From positions 13,826,001 to 13,890,000 of the forward strand of contig NC_082739.1 in the NCBI RefSeq assembly GCF_030144855.1: DNA of 64,000 nt, written 5' to 3'. The notes under the pieces are model-generated. The model ran no database searches and was not told the origin of the DNA. It worked only from the letters and a program-made list of their open reading frames with translations. How positions within the stretch are numbered: the stretch's first letter is position 1; each line of letters begins with the position of its first letter. Below are positions 24,760 through 37,154 of the stretch, piece by piece. The translations under genes were made by a program, and so were the position numbers. This DNA comes from Hypanus sabinus. Taxonomy: Eukaryota.

Positions 24760-26997
24760 TTAGTTCTGCAGATTCTGCCAGAAGTTGCCCCATAGAGCGG
24801 TGAGCTGGGTCTGAAGATCCTGCTGAACATTGGCTCCATTCAGGACGAGTCTCTCCTGCATCTCCTTCACATTCTGACTGATGATTTGTTTCAGCTGCTC
24901 AGTGTAGGGAGCCAGGTTCTGATGGAACTCCTCGATTCTCTGGTTAACGTTGGTGTTGAAATTTTCAATGAATGGGCCCAGGTTCTGGTCCACGTTCTCG
25001 TTAAGTTTAGCTTTCAGTTCGATGATGTAAGGGTTCAGCCTTTGGTTCAGAACATCCACGTGCTCATTGACTTTTGCCTGGAGCTTCTCGGCATATGGCT
25101 CAACCATCTGGGACATTTCTCCAATTTGTTGGTTCATCTTGATCTGGACATCCTTGGCATAGGGTGCCAAGCTATTGCGAAGCTCCTGGACATCCTCATT
25201 AAACCTGGAGCGGAATTCTTCAGCTTTGGCAGCCACGTTCTGCCTGAGGGTGTCCATGTTTTCATCAATCTTCACCTGGAGCTCTTCAGCGTAGGGAGTC
25301 AGGACTTCCCTGAGGTTCTCTGTGCTCACTTCCAGTCTGGCCTGTAGCTCTTCAGTAAAAGGAGTCAACTTCTGCCGAAGTTCCTCTGCATTCTTACGCA
25401 GCTGTTGGCCCAGGTCTTCAGCAAAAGGGGTCAACTTCTGATGAAATTCTTCAATGTTCCTGCTGATCTTCTGATGAACTCCATCCGCAAAGGGAGCAAG
25501 TTTCTCCCTCAGGTCTTCCAGTTGTTCTCTTATCTGCTGGCGAAGGCTCTCAATGTCTACTGTCATCCGCTCATGAAGACCATCTGTGTAAGGAGCCAAC
25601 TTCTGTCGGAGATCCTCAGCATAGTCATTGACCGTCTGCAGATTATCCTGAATAAGGTGACTGGAAAAGAAGAGACAGTTGTTTCTTATACTCGTTACAG
25701 GAAAGAGATACGTTTAGACAGAGCTCTGTACAAGGCTGGTTCTGAGACAAATGTACACTGGAAAGGAGAGCTTATAAAGGACATTTTGGATCACAAGATC
25801 TTCTAAGGGAACTACAGGTGTTCATTGCAGTGGGAGGATGTGATTCACACAATAGTTTTCATTCATTCTAGTATTACCTATTTGTTAAGTTTTGCTGGGT
25901 ATCTGTTCCACCAGCCCTGATGAGTTTACCCCTTCTTTTATTCTTTATTCTCATTCTTGTTTGTTTTTAAACTTGCTGAGGAACCTTCACTTTAATATTA
26001 TAGCACAGTGCTGCTGGTGAAACTAATCCACAAAACCAGGACTATTAATCTGAAATAATGAATTCAGCTCTTACTGAAAAACTTTTAGATTAGAGTAGAT
26101 ACATAATACATCTGAACTTCAAAATATCACTATTGTTACTGCAGATTGACTGGGTCATCATAGAAGTCCATAACGTCCTTAGTGAAGGAAATTTGTGTCT
26201 ATAGTTGAGACTTCACTGGCATCTTAAACTGGTCAGTTAACAAATAGAGCTGGACAATAATGTTGGTGAGGATCAGATTCTATAAAGAAATTGCAAAGAA
26301 ACTCTCGGACTGTTGTAATGCTCCAGTCCTAAGACATCCCTGGCCAGTTCCTCGATCAATACAAGTCGCTAATCTATTCTTAGTACCCATTAAAACGCCA
26401 AATGCTCACTTGAGTTGCTGGCCGATTTCTGAGCTCTGGATCAGCTCGACGCTATCCTGGGCTTCTTCAGTCATTTGGCTGATGTAATTCCAGAAGGCAT
26501 CTCGAACCTGATCTCCATTGATCTCAGCCCGACAGCCTATGGGAAGGAAAATTTGAGGTGATCAGGGTAGGAAACAGGAGGAAAGTTCCACAGATCTACT
26601 GTTCATTCACCCGATCAAAAACTTCAAAACTTCACAGTGTATCTTGGTGATCAGTCCTTTTTGGGGCTGTACTGTAGCTGGATGAGTCATAGAGTAAAAT
26701 CCCAGGTCTTTGAATATTTGTAATGTGGACTTAGAACAAACCCAGTAAGGGCACCCAGGAGCCGATGTGTGGAAGAATGGACAAAGCAAGGGGCTCCAGA
26801 ATTCAGATAAGAGCTAATATCAGGTGTTCATCAGTGAAGTGAAGATAGTGAGTCCAAGTTCAATCAAGAACCTTTGAAGATTGGAAGTGGCAATAAAATC
26901 CCAGTCATCGTCCCAGAATAAGAGAATTGGAATATTTGAATCTCATACCTGTGAGAAAGGCAGCAGCCAGAAGCAGGAGGTTTGCTCTGGGAAACAT
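24760..26997 (-). CDS. apoa4: Apolipoprotein A-IV-like, copy 1 (type A), 358 aa; coding exons 26997-26949, 26536-26410, 25660-24760
   Basis: Coding exons of 49/127/901 bp with GT-AG ends and phases 1 and 2. Signal peptide MFPRANLLLLAAAFLTGCRA. The mature N-terminus EINGDQVRDAFWNYISQMTEEAQDSVELIQSSEIGQQLN aligns ungapped to human APOA4 [39 protein letters not shown]. Proline-punctuated 22-mer amphipathic repeats are present. Non-coding exon 1 lies at ~27845-27812, the exon 2 acceptor at 27058, and the polyA signal at 24608-24613. Confidence 0.93.
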
Positions 26998-27811
26998 GGT
27001 GGTGTTCTCAAATGATATTGAGTATGGCAGATTATTTCTGTGTCCCTTTGCAGTCAATCTATGGGAAAAAAATAATGATCGGAGTTAGTGCCGGGTTCAA
27101 ACCCACATGGAAAATCTACCCGAGTATTCCTGCCCCCTTCTGAACTCTATTTGTTACACAAGGAGTCAGCGTGCAGCCCTTTGAACCGGTTCTGTTATTG
27201 AGATCAAAGCTGGTCTTTGGGCTCACCACCATTTTCCTGCACTGTCTCAATATGCCTCGGTGCCCATGGCAGCCAGAAATATTTCCACATCTGCTTTGAA
27301 TGAGCCCAGTGACTGAGCCCGCGAGACCCCCAAAGACCTACTGACCTCTAGTTTACAGCATGCCTTCTCTTTGAAGTCCTTAATGCCGCACCCCTTATTC
27401 TGAAACTCTGACCCCACCCCAGGATCTAAACTCTTCAGCCAGAGAAAGGATCCTCCATACATCTAGCCTGTTATAACCTGTCAGTTATAAAAGCATAAAT
27501 CACAGGAGCAGAATTGGTCCTTTTGGCCCATCGAATCCGCTCGTCTGTTCAATCAAAACTGATTTATTTTCTCTCTCAGCCCCATTCTCTTACATTCTCC
27601 CCATAAACTTTGATGCCCTTACTAATGAAGAAGATATCAAACTCACTTTTAATTATACCTTGTAACAATACAGAAGAACAGAAAGCTGTTCTTTAGTTCC
27701 TATGCCTTGACCAATTGCCTGATCAGAGAAGCTGACCCTAGAGAGCATTTACAAGGATAAGCAGGCAAGCTCGCTGGGTTGGAGGAAATTGAGCCTCAGG
27801 GCTCTTCTCAC

Positions 27812-28040
27812 CTGTTTCTGCTGTGCTTCTCCAGGAGATCTGTGTCGCAGCCCACAGACGCTCACTCTATATAAGGGCACCTTATCAGCAGCTGATGACA
27901 AAGTTGGTAGATTTGTGTTTGACTCGTGGACTTGCCCTGAAAACCAAGAGAATGTGGAGCTTCCAACAAGAATGTTACTCTGAACTGCTGCCTTCACCAT
28001 AAATCCAACTCAACCTGAAAGGGCAAATTCCATTCAAGAT
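27812..28040 (-). promoter_or_regulatory. Promoter and non-coding exon 1 of apoA-IV copy 1 (repeated at 34775-35003 and 42899-43127)
   Basis: TATATAG box (27867-27874), TGATAA GATA site, HNF4/DR1-like AGGGCAAGTCCA and AGGGCAAATTCCA (28020-28032), and donor CAG|gtgag at 27812. The block is conserved in the otherwise diverged copy-4 promoter. Confidence 0.75.
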
Positions 28041-28403
28041 GAATTTTTCAGTCCAAAGGCCATGATTTATTACCGCTGTAACATTAGATCACTCTATGGA
28101 CTTAGAGTGAGGGATTTTGAATGACAGGGAGAGTCTGTCATCATTGGCAGCAGGTTAGGTAACCTGGGGACATTGATTCGAGGTCATCAGCAAAGGAAGC
28201 CGATGGGAGATGTAGGAATAATGAGTTGCCGGCGCCTGGAATGAATCTTGCGGAGCCGATGGAAAGAAACTTCCCCTTGCCTCCGCAAATAGATCGAGAG
28301 GAAGCAAATTGTAAAGCCTTAGGGAAAGTGTGATGATTGGAATTAATCCCTTAGACAGAAATGCTGGGCCCAACTAATTCCTGTCTGAGATAAAAGAATC
28401 TAT

Positions 28404-29337
28404 TGTTACGTACCCCGTAACTGGGTGTCTGACCAGCAAAGATAGAAGAATCCATTGGAGTCTGGTGGTACCAAACTAAAGGTGTTTATTAGTAAACTAC
28501 ACAATACAATATCAAAAATGCAAATATACATATAAAACTAGTTAGCAGTAATAAACCTAAAACTGTAGGTATAGTAATAATCAATAATAAACAAGCTCTA
28601 TCAATGTCTAGGGGTAAATGAATTGTCATAGGAAGGTATAGAGTTCAGTTCATAAATGCTGAGGTGGTTATGGTTGTTGTGTTGAAATCGTTGGAGAGAG
28701 AGAGAGAGAGCGAGCGAGATGTAACAGCTGTGGCAGGCAAACCTTTTGTGGCTTTCTTAATCCGTCGTGTAGTTGTGGCCATTCAGTTATGACCCCTCTG
28801 GTCTTCAGCTAGACTGTTCTTCTGTGGTGGACTCGTCACTCTGGCATGAGTGGACCCACACACAAGTCCCCACCGGCCCTGCTGTAGCACTGTGAGCTTT
28901 ACTGACTGATCTCCTGGTTCGGTCTCCGAAGCCCCCACCTTTCTGTGGGTTCCCAACACTCAGTCAGTGTCCACTGGTGTGTCTGAAGGGTGTCTCTCCA
29001 GACCTGTCTTTTATCCCCACTCATGGGGTCTCAGCTATCCATCAACTCTGAATGACCGTGTCCAACAAATCAGCCCACTCCTGCTATCTCCTGAGGAATG
29101 TTAACGAGCAAAGTAAAGTCCTTGTAGCGGAAGGTAAATAATCCAGGAAGAGTCATAATACAGTAAATCAACAGTCTCTCTCCCCCTCTTATCTGTAGCA
29201 AATGTTCTTGCCTGGGCTTTATCTCTCTCTCTCATGAGAAGCGTAGCAACAGCAATAGTTCGTAGTTCTCAGGAGGGGGTTGGGAATGGTTAGCTCTGCA
29301 CCCCATTGACCATCAGGTCTGTTCATCACTCATAACA
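28404..29337 (-). mobile_element. Solo LTR (~0.93 kb), unit 1
   Basis: TGTTA...TAACA termini, 4-bp TSD CTAT on both sides, and AATAAA on the minus strand. Confidence 0.85.
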
Positions 29338-30599
29338 CTATGATTTTGTACCGTTTTACCTGCTAAGGCCTTGAAGTCCTGCAGATGAATGTATTCACAC
29401 AAGACAATCACTGTTACTTAAGCCTGTGACCTCATGGTCACAAAGTCACAGAGAAAGACAGCACAGAAATAGGCCTTTAGCCTATGGAGTCCTTGACAGT
29501 CTACATTAATACTAGATTAACTGCATTTTCAAATTCTTCCCACATTCCATTCAAATCCCCCCATATTCTAACTGTCTAAAGGCAATTTACAGTGGCAATG
29601 GGCTTGTGCCCTTTCTACCTTCAGCTCATGTGTCTGAGTCATTGCTCGTGTCATGGACTTGGCTCTGGGTAACTTGCCTGAAAAATTATTCCGTTCTCTG
29701 GTGCTCAAAGTTGAACACAACTTAAAGCCGATGATGTGTTTAGGGCGGGAACCCATGACTCTGATATAGCAGTAGATATGGAAGGTTCCTCTGACATGGA
29801 AGTAGAAGCTCCAAGTTCAAACCAGGCAAAGTACTGAGCGCAAAGCCAAAGTTAGAAGCCTGAAGATAGAAGTAGAGGCTCATAATAGTCATGGGGGTCC
29901 GAAGGAATTATGAAGACACGGGTCACCGGGGTGAGAAATCTGTGCAAGTCTGGAAGTCGAGGTCCGAAGGTCAAACCCATGATCATCGTCCTGTGAAGGC
30001 TGAAGTTGGAGGCCTGATGCCTGCAAGTCTGAGAATCCAGAGACAAGGCCTGGAGGCCCAAGGGTGAACTACTCTGGGTTTGGAGGCGTGTCAGGGTGTG
30101 TGTACGGGTGAGATGGATGGAAAGTGGATTTGTTTTGTTGCTAACTGTCTCTTCTAATTTGCTGTTGTTGTTATTTATTGGATCTTTGTGGGCCTGCAAT
30201 GTTTAAGATGGTATGTGTAGAAACACTTGCGAGCTGCCTCAGCACACCCTTGGGTTGTGTTGGTTGTTAAATGTGATGAATAAATCTGAATCTGCTCCTG
30301 TCTCTCTTGAAATGATTTCATTTCTGCTCCACTGGATTATCTGCATCCTTAAACTCTCTGTTTGCACTTACTCCAATTCCATTGACTCTCAATCTCTGAT
30401 CTTTTAATTGCACCTAGACACATTATTCCTTGCACTGAGCATAAACTCTCATTCCCACTGTCCCGTCCCTGATCGTAGTGATCTTCAGACTTTCAACAAG
30501 CTTGTAATAAACAGCTGGCATGAATGGGTAAGTGTTCATCAGAGCTTCGGCATTAGAAATCTGCAGTCACCTGCACAGAACGTATGTTTATAATATCAG

Positions 30600-31147
30600 G
30601 TACCCAGACATGCTGTGTATATTTGTGTTTGGGTCTGTCTCTAAAAAAGGATGTGCTGGCTTTTGGAGAGGGTCCTGAGCAGGTTCACAAGATTGATCCT
30701 GGGAATGAAAGTGCTAACATATGAGGAGCGTTTGATGGCTCTGAGCCTGTACTCACTGGAGTTCAGAAGAATGAGGGGGAATCTGACTGAAGTCTAACAA
30801 ATATTGCAAGGCTTAAAGGGAGTGCTTATGAAGAGGATGGTTCCAATTGTCAAAGACTCTGGAACCATAGGGCACAGACTCAGAATCGAAGGACATCCCT
30901 TTAGAACAGAGATGAGGAGGAATATCTTCAGCCTAATCTGTGGAATTCATTACCACATGCAGGTATGGAGGCCAAATAATTGGGAATATTTAAAGTAGAG
31001 GTAGGTCAGTTCTTTATTAGTAGCTGTGTCAAAAGTTTCAGGGAGGAGGCAGGAGAATCAGGTTGAGAAGGAAAATAAAATCTTGATTGAATGGTGAAGC
31101 AGATTTGATGTGCCAAATGGCCTAATTCTGTTCCTATGTCTTATGGA
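30600..31147 (+). mobile_element. CR1 3' fragment (duplicated at ~45687-46450; only the tail remains in unit 2)
   Basis: GHRLRIEGHPFRTEMRRN motif plus a CR1 tail. Confidence 0.8.
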
Positions 31148-31727
31148 TCTTGCACTCGAGACATTTAAGTTAGCAGGTTCAGTTGCCTGCTGCAATGGCC
31201 TGTCCAATAATACATACAGGATTGAAGTTATGTTAGAATCTTTGGAACATTGATTGAATTACTGATATTGAATATGGTCTATAGACATCATGAAGGCTAT
31301 CCAGTCTGCAGAAGGAGCAGATTTCCATCAAAGATCTGGCAGGTGTGATTTCAATAAACATCTCCAAAAATTCCACCGTACCATTGCTTGTCGGAGATAT
31401 TTGCAGTAATTGGGGAAACGTGTGAGAAAATGGGATGTAGTGGGTTGGACAATCAGTGCGTATTTGATGTGATGAATTGCTTTGTTCTGCGCAGTATTAT
31501 TTACATAGTTCTATATTTTTGCCCGTGTACTAAAGGAAGGAAAACTTCTCAGATATTAAAGTTTTATTGCAGATATTTTATAGTTCACACTCCAAAATTT
31601 CAGTCATTGATTTTAATACTTTTCTCTCGAAAAACAATAAATACTTTCAGCATATTACCATTTGAGAAAGTAAAAGGACCCCTTAGTCTTGGCACACAGT
31701 TTGACAGAGCCACATTCTATTTCTGAA

Positions 31728-33960
31728 TTAGTTCTGCAGATGCTGCCAGAAGTTGCCCCATAGAGCGGTGAGCTGGGTCTGAAGATCCTGCTGAACATTG
31801 GCTCCATTCAGGACGAGTCTCTCCTGCATCTCCTTCACATTCTGACTGATGATTTGTTTCAGCTGCTCAGTGTAGGGAGCCAGGTTCTGATGGAACTCCT
31901 CGATTCTCTGGTTAACGTTGGTGTTGAAATTTTCAATGAATGGGCCCAGGTTCTGGTCCACGTTCTCGTTAAGTTTAGCTTTCAGTTCGACGATGTAAGG
32001 GTTCAGCCTTTGGTTCAGAACATCCACGTGCTCATTGACTTTTGCCTGGAGCTTCTCGGCATATGGCTCAACCATCTGGGACATTTCTCCAATTTGTTGG
32101 TTCATCTTGATCTGGACATCCTTGGCATAGGGTGCCAAGCTATTGCGAAGCTCCTGGACATTCTCATTAAACCTGGAGCGGAATTCTTCAGCTTTGGCAG
32201 CCACGTTCTGCCTGAGGGTGTCCATGTTTTCATCAATCTTCACCTGGAGCTCTTCAGCGTAGGGAGTCAGGACTTCCCTGAGGTTCTCTGTGCTCACTTC
32301 CAGTCTGGCCTGTAGCTCTTCAGTAAAAGGAGTCAACTTCTGCCGAAGTTCCTCTGCATTCTTACGCAGCTGTTGGCCCAGGTCTTCAGCAAAAGGGGTC
32401 AACTTCTGATGAAATTCTTCAATGTTCCTGCTGATCTTCTGATGAACTCCATCCGCAAAGGGAGCAAGTTTCTCCCTCAGGTCTTCCAGTTGTTCTCTTA
32501 TCTGCTGGCGAAGGCTCTCAATGTCTACTGTCATCCGCTCATGAAGACCATCTGTGTAAGGAGCCAACTTCTGTCGGAGATCCTCAGCATAGTCATTGAC
32601 CGTCTGCAGATTATCCTGAATAAGGTGACTGGAAAAGAAGAGACAGTTGTTTCTTATACTCGTTACAGGAAAGAGATACGTTTAGACAGAGCTCTGTACA
32701 AGGCTGGTTCTGAGACAAATGTACACTGGAAAGGAGAGCTTATAAAGGACATTTTGGATCACAAGATCTTCTAAGGGAACTACAGGTGTTCATTGCAGTG
32801 GGAGGATGTGATTCACACAATAGTTTTCATTCATTCTAGTATTACCTATTTGTTAAGTTTTGCTGGGTATCTGTTCCACCAGCCCTGATGAGTTTACCAC
32901 TTCTTTTATTCTTTATTCTCATTCTTGTTTGTTTTTAAACTTGCTGAGGAACCTTCACTTTAATATTATAGCACAGTGCTGCTGGTGAAACTAATCCACA
33001 AAACCAGGACTATTAATCTGAAATAATGAATTCAGCTCCTACTGAAAAACTTTTAGATTAGAGTAGATACATAATACATCTGAACTTCAAAATATCACTA
33101 TTGTTACTGCAGATTGACTGGGTCATCATAGAAGTCCATAACTTCCTTAGTGAAGGAAATTTGTGTCTATAGTTGAGACTTCACTGGCATCTTAAACTGG
33201 TCAGTTAACAAATAGAGCTGGACAATAATGTTGGTGAGGATCAGATTCTATAAAGTAATTGCAAAGAAACTCTCGGACTGTTGTAATGCTCCAGTCCTAA
33301 GACATCCCTGGCCAGTTCCTCGATCAATACGCTAATCTATTCTTAGTACCCATTAAAACGCCAAATGCTCACTTGAGTTGCTGGCCGATTTCTGAGCTCT
33401 GGATCAGCTCGACGCTATCCTGGGCTTCTTCAGTCATTTGGCTGATGTAATTCCAGAAGGCATCTCGAACCTGATCTCCATTGATCTCAGCCCGACAGCC
33501 TATGGGAAGGAAAATTTGAGGTGATCAGGGTAGGAAACAGGAGGAAAGTTCCACAGATCTACTGTTCATTCACCCGATCAAAAACTTCAAAACTTCACAG
33601 TGTATCTTGGTGATCAGTCCTTTTTGGGGCTGTACTGTAGCTGGATGAGTCATAGAGTAAAATCCCAGGTCTTTGAATATTTGTAATGTGGACTTAGAAC
33701 AAACCCAGTAAGGGCACCCAGGAGCCGATGTGTGGAAGAATGGACAAAGCAAGGGGCTCCAGAATTCAGATAAGAGCTAATATCAGGTGTTCATCAGTGA
33801 AGTGAAGATAGTGAGTCCAAGTTCAATCAAGAACCTTTGAAGATTGGAAGTGGCAATAAAATCCCAGTCATCGTCCCAGAATAAGAGAATTGGAATATTT
33901 GAATCTCATACCTGTGAGAAAGGCAGCAGCCAGAAGCAGGAGGTTTGCTCTGGGAAACAT
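31728..33960 (-). CDS. apoa4: Apolipoprotein A-IV-like, copy 2 (A/B hybrid), 358 aa; coding exons 33960-33912, 33499-33373, 32628-31728
   Basis: Same exon structure as copy 1 and near-identical from the promoter to the stop codon. The 3' UTR is of copy-4 type. PolyA signal at 31563-31568. Confidence 0.92.
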
Positions 33961-35366
33961 GGTGGTGTTCTCAAATGATATTGAGTATGGCAGATTATTT
34001 CTGTGTCCCTTTGCAGTCAATCTATGGGAAAAAAATAATGATCGGAGTTAGTGCCGGGTTCAAACCCACATGGAAAATCTACCCGAGTATTCCTGCCCCC
34101 TTCTGAACTCTATTTGTTACACAAGGAGTCAGCGTGCAGCCCTTTGAACCGGTTCTGTTATTGAGATCAAAGCTGGTCTTTGGGCTCACCACCATTTTCC
34201 TGCACTGTCTCAATATGCCTCGGTGCCCATGGCAGCCAGAAATATTTCCACATCTGCTTTGAATGAGCCCAGTGACTGAGCCCGCGAGACCCCCAAAGAC
34301 CTACTGACCTCTAGTTTACAGCATGCCTTCTCTTTGAAGTCCTTAATGCCGCACCCCTTATTCTGAAACTCTGACCCCACCCCAGGATCTAAACTCTTCA
34401 GCCAGAGAAAGGATCCTCCATACATCTAGCCTGTTATAACCTGTCAGTTATAAAAGCATAAATCACAGGAGCAGAATTGGTCCTTTTGGCCCATCGAATC
34501 CGCTCGTCTGTTCAATCAAAACTGATTTATTTTCTCTCTCAGCCCCATTCTCTTACATTCTCCCCATAAACTTTGATGCCCTTACTAATGAAGAAGATAT
34601 CAAACTCACTTTTAATTATACCTTGTAACAATACAGAAGAACAGAAAGCTGTTCTTTAGTTCCTATGCCTTGACCAATTGCCTGATCAGAGAAGCTGACC
34701 CTAGAGAGCATTTACAAGGATAAGCAGGCAAGCTCGCTGGGTTGGAGGAAATTGAGCCTCAGGGCTCTTCTCACCTGTTTCTGCTGTGCTTCTCCAGGAG
34801 ATCTGTGTCGCAGCCCACAGACGCTCACTCTATATAAGGGCACCTTATCAGCAGCTGATGACAAAGTTGGTAGATTTGTGTTTGACTCGTGGACTTGCCC
34901 TGAAAACCAAGAGAATGTGGAGCTTCCAACAAGAATGTTACTCTGAACTGCTGCCTTCACCATAAATCCAACTCAACCTGAGAGGGCAAATTCCATTCAA
35001 GATGAATTTTTCAGTCCAAAGGCCATGATTTATTACCGCTGTAACATTAGATCACTCTATGGACTTAGAGTGAGGGATTTTGAATGACAGGGAGAGTCTG
35101 TCATCATTGGCAGCAGGTTAGGTAACCTGGGGACATTGATTCGAGGTCATCAGCAAAGGAAGCCGATGGGAGATGTAGGAATAATGAGTTGCCGGCGCCT
35201 GGAATGAATCTTGCGGAGCCGATGGAAAGAAACTTCCCCTTGCCTCCGCAAATAGATCGAGAGGAAGCAAATTGTAAAGCCTTAGGGAAAGTGTGATGAT
35301 TGGAATTAATCCCTTAGACAGAAATGCTGGGCCCAACTAATTCCTGTCTGAGATAAAAGAATCTAT

Positions 35367-36180
35367 TGTTACGTACCCCGTAACTGGGTGTCTGACCAGC
35401 AAAGATAGAAGAATCCATTGGAGTCTGGTGGTACCAAACTAAAGGTGTTTATTAGTAAACTACACAATACAATATCAAAAATGCAAATATACATATAAAA
35501 CTAGTTAGCAGTAATAAACCTAAAACTGTAGGTATAGTAATAATCAATAATAAACAAGCTCTATCAATGTCTAGGGGTAAATGAATTGTCATAGGAAGGT
35601 ATAGAGTTCAGTTCATAAATGCTGAGGTGGTTATGGTTGTTGTGTTGAAATCGTTGGAGAGAGAGAGAGAGAGCGAGCGAGATGTAACAGCTGTGGCAGG
35701 CAAACCTTTTGTGGCTTTCTTAATCCGTCGTGTAGTTGTGGCCATTCAGTTATGACCCCTCTGGTCTTCAGCTAGACTGTTCTTCTGTGGTGGACTCGTC
35801 ACTCTGGCATGAGTGGACCCACACACAAGTCCCCACCGGCCCTGCTGTAGCACTGTGAGCTTTACTGACTGATCTCCTGGTTCGGTCTCCGAAGCCCCCA
35901 CCTTTCTGTGGGTTCCCAACACTCAGTCAGTGTCCACTGGTGTGTCTGAAGGGTGTCTCTCCAGACCTGTCTTTTATCCCCACTCACGGGGTCTCAGCTA
36001 TCCATCAACTCTGAATGACCGTGTCCATCAAATCAGGCCACTCCTGCAATCTCCTGAGGAATGTTAACAAGCAAAGTAAAGTCCTTGTAGCGGAAGGTAA
36101 ATAATCCAGGAAGAGTCATAATACAGTAAATCAACAGTCTCTCACCCCTCTTATCTGTAGCAAATGTTCTTGCCTGGGCT

Positions 36181-36233
<53 letters not shown>

Positions 36234-36336
36234 GAGCAGCGTAGCAACAGCAATAGTTCGTAGTTCTCAGGAGGGGGGTTGGGAATGGTTAGCTCTGCAC
36301 CCCATTGACCATCAGGTCTGTTCATCACTCATAACA
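35367..36336 (-). mobile_element. Solo LTR, unit 2 (expanded CT microsatellite ~36184-36231)
   Basis: Same termini and CTAT TSD as 28404-29337. Confidence 0.85.
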
Positions 36337-37154
36337 CTATGATTTTGTACCGTTTTACCTGCTAAGGCCTTGAAGTCCTGCAGATGAATGTATTCACACA
36401 AGACAATCACTGTTACTTAAGCCTGCGACCTCATGGTCACAAAGTCACAGAGAAAGACAGCACAGAAATAGGCCTTTAGCCTATGGAGTCCTTGACAGTC
36501 TACATTAATACTAGATTAACTGCATTTTCAAATTCTTCCCACATTCCATTCAAATCCCCCCATATTCTAACTGTCTAAAGGCAATTTACAGTGGCAATGG
36601 GCTTGTGCCCTTTCTACCTTCAGCTCATGTGTCTGAGTCATTGCTCGTGTCATGGACTTGGCTCTGGGTAACTTGCCTGAAGAATTATTCCATTCTCTGG
36701 TGCTCAAAGTTGAACACAACTTAAAGCCAATGATGTATTTAGGGCGGGAACCCATGACGTTGATATAGCAGTAGATATGGAAGGTTCCTCTGACATGGAA
36801 GTAGAAGCTCCAAGTTCAAACCCGGCAAAGTACTGAGCGCAAAGCCAAAGTTAGAAGCCTGAAGATAGAAGTAGAGGCTCAAAATAGTCATGGGGGTCCG
36901 AAGGAATTATGAAGACACGGGTCACCGGGGTGAGAAATCTGTGCAAGTCTGGAAGTCGAGGTCCGAAGGTCAAACCCATGATCATCGTCCTGTGAAGGCT
37001 GAAGTTGGAGGCCTGATGCCTGCAAGTCTGAGAATCCAGAGACAAGGCCTGGAGGCCCAAGGGTGAACTACTCTGGGTTTGGAGGCGTGTCAAGGTGTGT
37101 GAACGGGTGAGATGGATGGAAAGGGGATGTGTGTGTGTGTGTGTGTGTGTGTGT

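Noticed and set aside
24886-25806. Plus-strand ORFs of 153 and 133 aa (and their copies in each unit)
   Set aside because: Antisense shadows of the apoA-IV last exon; their recurrence is explained by the duplication.
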